From NCBI GenBank assembly GCA_965237525.1, contig CBDEFO010000007.1, forward strand, positions 224,001 through 288,000: DNA of 64,000 bases. The letters are read 5' to 3'. Below are positions 60,599 through 64,000 of the stretch, one piece after another; within the stretch, counting starts at the first letter, position 1, and every line of letters starts with the position of its first letter. This stretch comes from Candidatus Latescibacterota bacterium. Its GTDB lineage: Bacteria; Latescibacterota; CBDEFO01. The position numbers and the translations under genes were made by a program. The notes beneath the pieces are model-generated. The model ran no database searches. It was not told where the DNA came from and was given only the letters and a program-made list of their open reading frames with translations.

Positions 60599-62117
60599 AA
60601 GCCTTGTGAAATAGTTATGTCCCAGGCAGCGTCTGAAGCGCCGATTATGGGTCAAAGAGTAGCATATCGTATCGTTTTGCTGTGGAATAAGCAAAATAGT
60701 CTTATCAGAGTTCTGGTCAGCAAGGAACAGGAGCTGTTTGAAGAACAGGATGCACTGTCTTTGACAGACAGGGCACACATAGACGCTTTCCCCCTTCTTA
60801 TGAAAGATACAAGCCTCTTGAGATTCTGTACTGTTGCAACAAGATTCAACTGTTCATTCAGTGAGGCTGGTCCTCTATAACGGGCTCGTCCCATACCGTG
60901 TTGTTGCCTGGCTTCAGCAAAGATATGTTCACTGCGTTTACGGAGTCTCCGGGAGAGTTTGTAGTCAGCTGTTAATGAGATAGACCGTGCATGATTTCTG
61001 GCTTTCGCCTCTCGCACTTTTCTATCCCGTTCGGCCTGAATATGTGCTGAATTTGTCTTGTTTTTCCATGTAGGAATCGGTTCAATCTTCTCATCGGCTC
61101 GCAGAGGAATATGGGGTATGATTCCCCGGTCAAGTACATCAGCGATAAAATTACCAGAACCGTAACCGGTATCGGCACTAAGTGTCTGAATGTCTTTGGG
61201 CATGGTGTATGTTTCAAGGTCATCTACCATCTTAAGGGCACTTTCGGGCTCTGCTGTCCCTGTCGCCTGCGTGCCCTGAGTCTCAAGGATTACTCTGCTT
61301 TTTGTGTCGATCAGATCATGGCCCATAAACGAGAGAAAAGCCCCTTTGCCCTTCGATTTGCTGTATAAGCGCGCGTCGGGGTCTGTAGTCGAACGGTGTG
61401 TTTGGTTCGTCCACTTTTCACCATGAAAGTCTTTATCCTGAGGATGCCCGGACCTACCCTTTGTCTTATCACCTTCAAAACCGATTCCCTTGAGATAATC
61501 ATCAAGAGAAACAGGGGGTTCTATCGGCTCAATACTTTTCACTGAAGCATCAGCTTGTATCTGAGTGCCGTCGACACTAAGGTGTTTACCGCTCACAAGA
61601 CCGACATCTATGCAACACTGGACTACCTGACGCATTATCCGTTCAAACAACCCACTGGATGCCCACTTGTGATTGCGAAGCTTGTTGATCGTGCTCCTAT
61701 CCGGAACCGCATCATCAAATGTCTGATGACAAAACAACCGATATGCCGCATGCATCCCCACTTCCTGACAGAGCCGATTCTCACTCAAATTATACAGATA
61801 GCCAATAAGGATCATTCGAACAACTAATTCAGGATCAATACCGGGTCTGCCATTGTCAGGGCAATAACAATCTGATACAACGTCTCGTACAAATGAAAAA
61901 TCAACTGCCTCATCAATCTGACGAAGGATATGATCCTCGGGAACTAAATCCTCCATCTGAAAATAGTGAAACATCGGATTTGTCTGTTCCTGCTCTTGTG
62001 GGGTCATTGTTTCCTCCATGTATAATATTATCAATAACATAATATAATACATCGGAGCTGCTTTATCAATGCTTGTTCTATACTACTTTCTGAATCTAAG
62101 GGTTTTTCACAAGGCTT
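60599..62117 (-). mobile_element. IS1182-family insertion sequence, copy 4
   Basis: Same IRs; target duplication CTAA (60595-60598, 62118-62121). Confidence 0.9.
60652..62007 (-). CDS. IS1182-family DDE transposase
   Basis: Three visible residue differences from copy 1 (K>E, P>S, Y>C). Confidence 0.9.
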   Translation of the reverse strand: MTPQEQEQTNPMFHYFQMEDLVPEDHILRQIDEAVDFSFVRDVVSDCYCPDNGRPGIDPELVVRMILIGYLYNLSENRLCQEVGMHAAYRLFCHQTFDDAVPDRSTINKLRNHKWASSGLFERIMRQVVQCCIDVGLVSGKHLSVDGTQIQADASVKSIEPIEPPVSLDDYLKGIGFEGDKTKGRSGHPQDKDFHGEKWTNQTHRSTTDPDARLYSKSKGKGAFLSFMGHDLIDTKSRVILETQGTQATGTAEPESALKMVDDLETYTMPKDIQTLSADTGYGSGNFIADVLDRGIIPHIPLRADEKIEPIPTWKNKTNSAHIQAERDRKVREAKARNHARSISLTADYKLSRRLRKRSEHIFAEARQQHGMGRARYRGPASLNEQLNLVATVQNLKRLVSFIRRGKASMCALSVKDSASCSSNSSCSLLTRTLIRLFCLFHSKTIRYATL

Positions 62118-63124
62118 CTAAGATTTCATCTTTATATGCGAAAAGGGCGGGGGTCCCTCCTGTGTGCAGATATACTACTGTGTGTTCAGGTTTAAGCCTG
62201 CCTTTTCTTATGTGATCTATGAGGCCTGCGACGGCTTTGGCAGTATAGACAGGGTCTAATATGATCCCTTCGGTTCGAGCAAAGAGCACAAGGGCAGAAA
62301 GCCCATCGTCTGTGACTATGCCGTAGGATTCTCCGCCGTAGTCGCAGTAGTAGTCTATGTCTTGATCTTTAAAGTTGAGATTTATGTCGAGAAACCCTGC
62401 AAGTTGACTGCACGATTCTGATAGCCGAGCGCGGGATTGATCGTTGTCTCCGGGGCTTGGGCTCATACCGACGACTTCGTAGTCAAGGCCGAGTGCCCTG
62501 GCTCCTACTGCAAGTCCGTTTAGGGTGCTATCTCCTGAGCAGGTATATATGTAGTCAGGAGATATACCCTCTTGGTCAAACTGGTCTAAAAGTTCGAGCG
62601 TGCAGTCTACGTAGGCTACAGCTCTTAAAATTGAGTTGTCGGAGCTGGTGTTGTAGGGCTTTTTGCCTTCCTTTTTTAGGTCTTCCATCATCTGTTGTGC
62701 CACCTGTTCCTGTGGTTCAAGGAGCCTTACATCGGCGCCGAGTATGTAGTCCAAAAGGAGATTGCCCTGAATCTCTTTTGACTTTTCGCCCTTTCGGCCG
62801 GTTACTACGGCACTCATACCGAGTTTGGCCGCTGCTGCTGCCGTCTGTCTGGACTGGTTGGACTGCGCCGCCGCGCCGTGCACCAGAACGTCGGCCTTTT
62901 CCTTGGACCGCAGGAGCAAGAGAAAAGGCGAGCTGCCGTGCTTTGTTGCCTCCGAAGGCGAGGCCAGTAAGATCGTCGCGCTTTATATATATCTTCGGTC
63001 CGCCGAGGGCGCGGCTGAGTCTCGGGCACTCCTGAAGGGGCGTAGGGAGCGCCGCTATATCAATGCGGGGCAACTTTGAGAGGATGTCTTTCAGTTGCCC
63101 TCTTGTGATCGGTGTATTGAGCAT
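62107..63124 (-). pseudogene. D-cysteine desulfhydrase/ACC deaminase-family PLP enzyme, frameshifted near 62905 and C-terminally cut by the IS
   Basis: [50 protein letters not shown]. Confidence 0.85.
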
Positions 63125-63487
63125 GGGTATCCCTTAGATTACGATTGTGGTTCAGAAAAAGTGTTGTATTCATCTTAGGTCTGTGAAAGCAAGTTAAGAG
63201 AAATAGTCTGAGCATCCCTCGTACAAGCCTGCCTTGCTTAAATTTTTTCTTTTTCGTCCTTTGTTACATCAAATGATTGCGACTGGACATAAACATATCA
63301 TTTTGATTAATAATAAGTTATAGAAAATCCAGTCAGCTTGATTTTTTGAAGAGACACGAAAGGCATTTAAGGCACTCGTTCATCACGAGGTAACCATAAA
63401 AGCCTTTCGGTCTAATGTGTGGCATTGCGGCTAACGTCTTTCATGGGGTGTTAACTGAAGTTTGCCTACATACCCAAATTTGATAGC

Positions 63488-64000
63488 CTACCAAGGAGTG
63501 TCAGCAAAGTATTCTCTAATCTCGAAGCCATCGTTCTCATCGAATTTTCCGATGGTGTTATAGGAGTTAGTCAACTCCCATCTCCAAGAGTGATCGTTTT
63601 GCTGTTCCCACACGACTTCCGGAAAGGGACAAAACATACCAGTTGGCAAAGGAACTTTTGGACGCCAGTGATGCAGAATCAAGCAATGAAGACCGTTTGC
63701 CAGGACGTTGCCGATTAAGAGTGTCAAACCAGTCGCAGGCTACTACAGCAGACAGATTGGGGTGCTGTGGAGAGGCGCATTCATCTGGCAACATGACGCC
63801 GCCAGGGGGTTGGAGTTTAGACAGTTTCCGCGGGAAATCTTCATTGAGATTTCCATCGCCTAACGATGCGCCATATGCCGCTTGTTCGATATTCGACGAC
63901 TTCAAAGTATGATCGCCCAGGAATACCAATAGAAGTAAGGGCATATTCGTACTCTTGTACTTGTTTGACTTCTCAGAGATTCGGTCTGCGATCTTCTTCG
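63488..64000 (-). CDS. Hypothetical protein, 3' part (5' end outside window), probable +1 frameshift near 63693
   Basis: Frame is open to the window edge (KKIADRISEKSNKY...RPGKR) and continues in the next frame as LHCLILHHWRPKVPLP. Confidence 0.45.

Overview
Bacterial window. The C-terminal FlgD-Ig-like sorting domain on the M28 peptidase weakly suggests an FCB-group organism (inference). Bases 1-41000 (+ strand) are a large surface-polysaccharide/LPS locus in partial decay. It holds many glycosyltransferases, three disrupted sulfatase-fold membrane proteins and methyl/acyl tailoring genes. It also holds an intact phosphonate cassette (TagF-like transferase, PepM fused to a cytidylyltransferase, Ppd, a second cytidylyltransferase, Fe-ADH), predicted to make a 2-hydroxyethylphosphonate-decorated glycan, plus a hddA-gmhA-gmhB-transaldolase cassette and waaA. 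Mobile DNA: four near-identical IS1182-family copies (three in the locus, one at 60.6-62.1 kb), a decayed IS3-family element, and an unclassified 1.3-kb DDE IS. Bases 41000-64000 are mostly minus-strand. They include an orphan divergent SecY paralogue with a DUF2007-like C-terminal fusion, apbE, a small catabolic islet, a polyprenyl synthase, glnE, an acyl-CoA carboxylase beta subunit, an XRE regulator facing four operator-like palindromes, DUF62, an M28 peptidase and a D-cysteine desulfhydrase-like gene. Several small repeat families recur, most notably a 21-bp palindrome (CCCCGATTGAATCTATCGGGG) found in frame inside genes. No rRNA, tRNA or CRISPR array was seen. All family calls come from motif recognition by eye, not from database searches.
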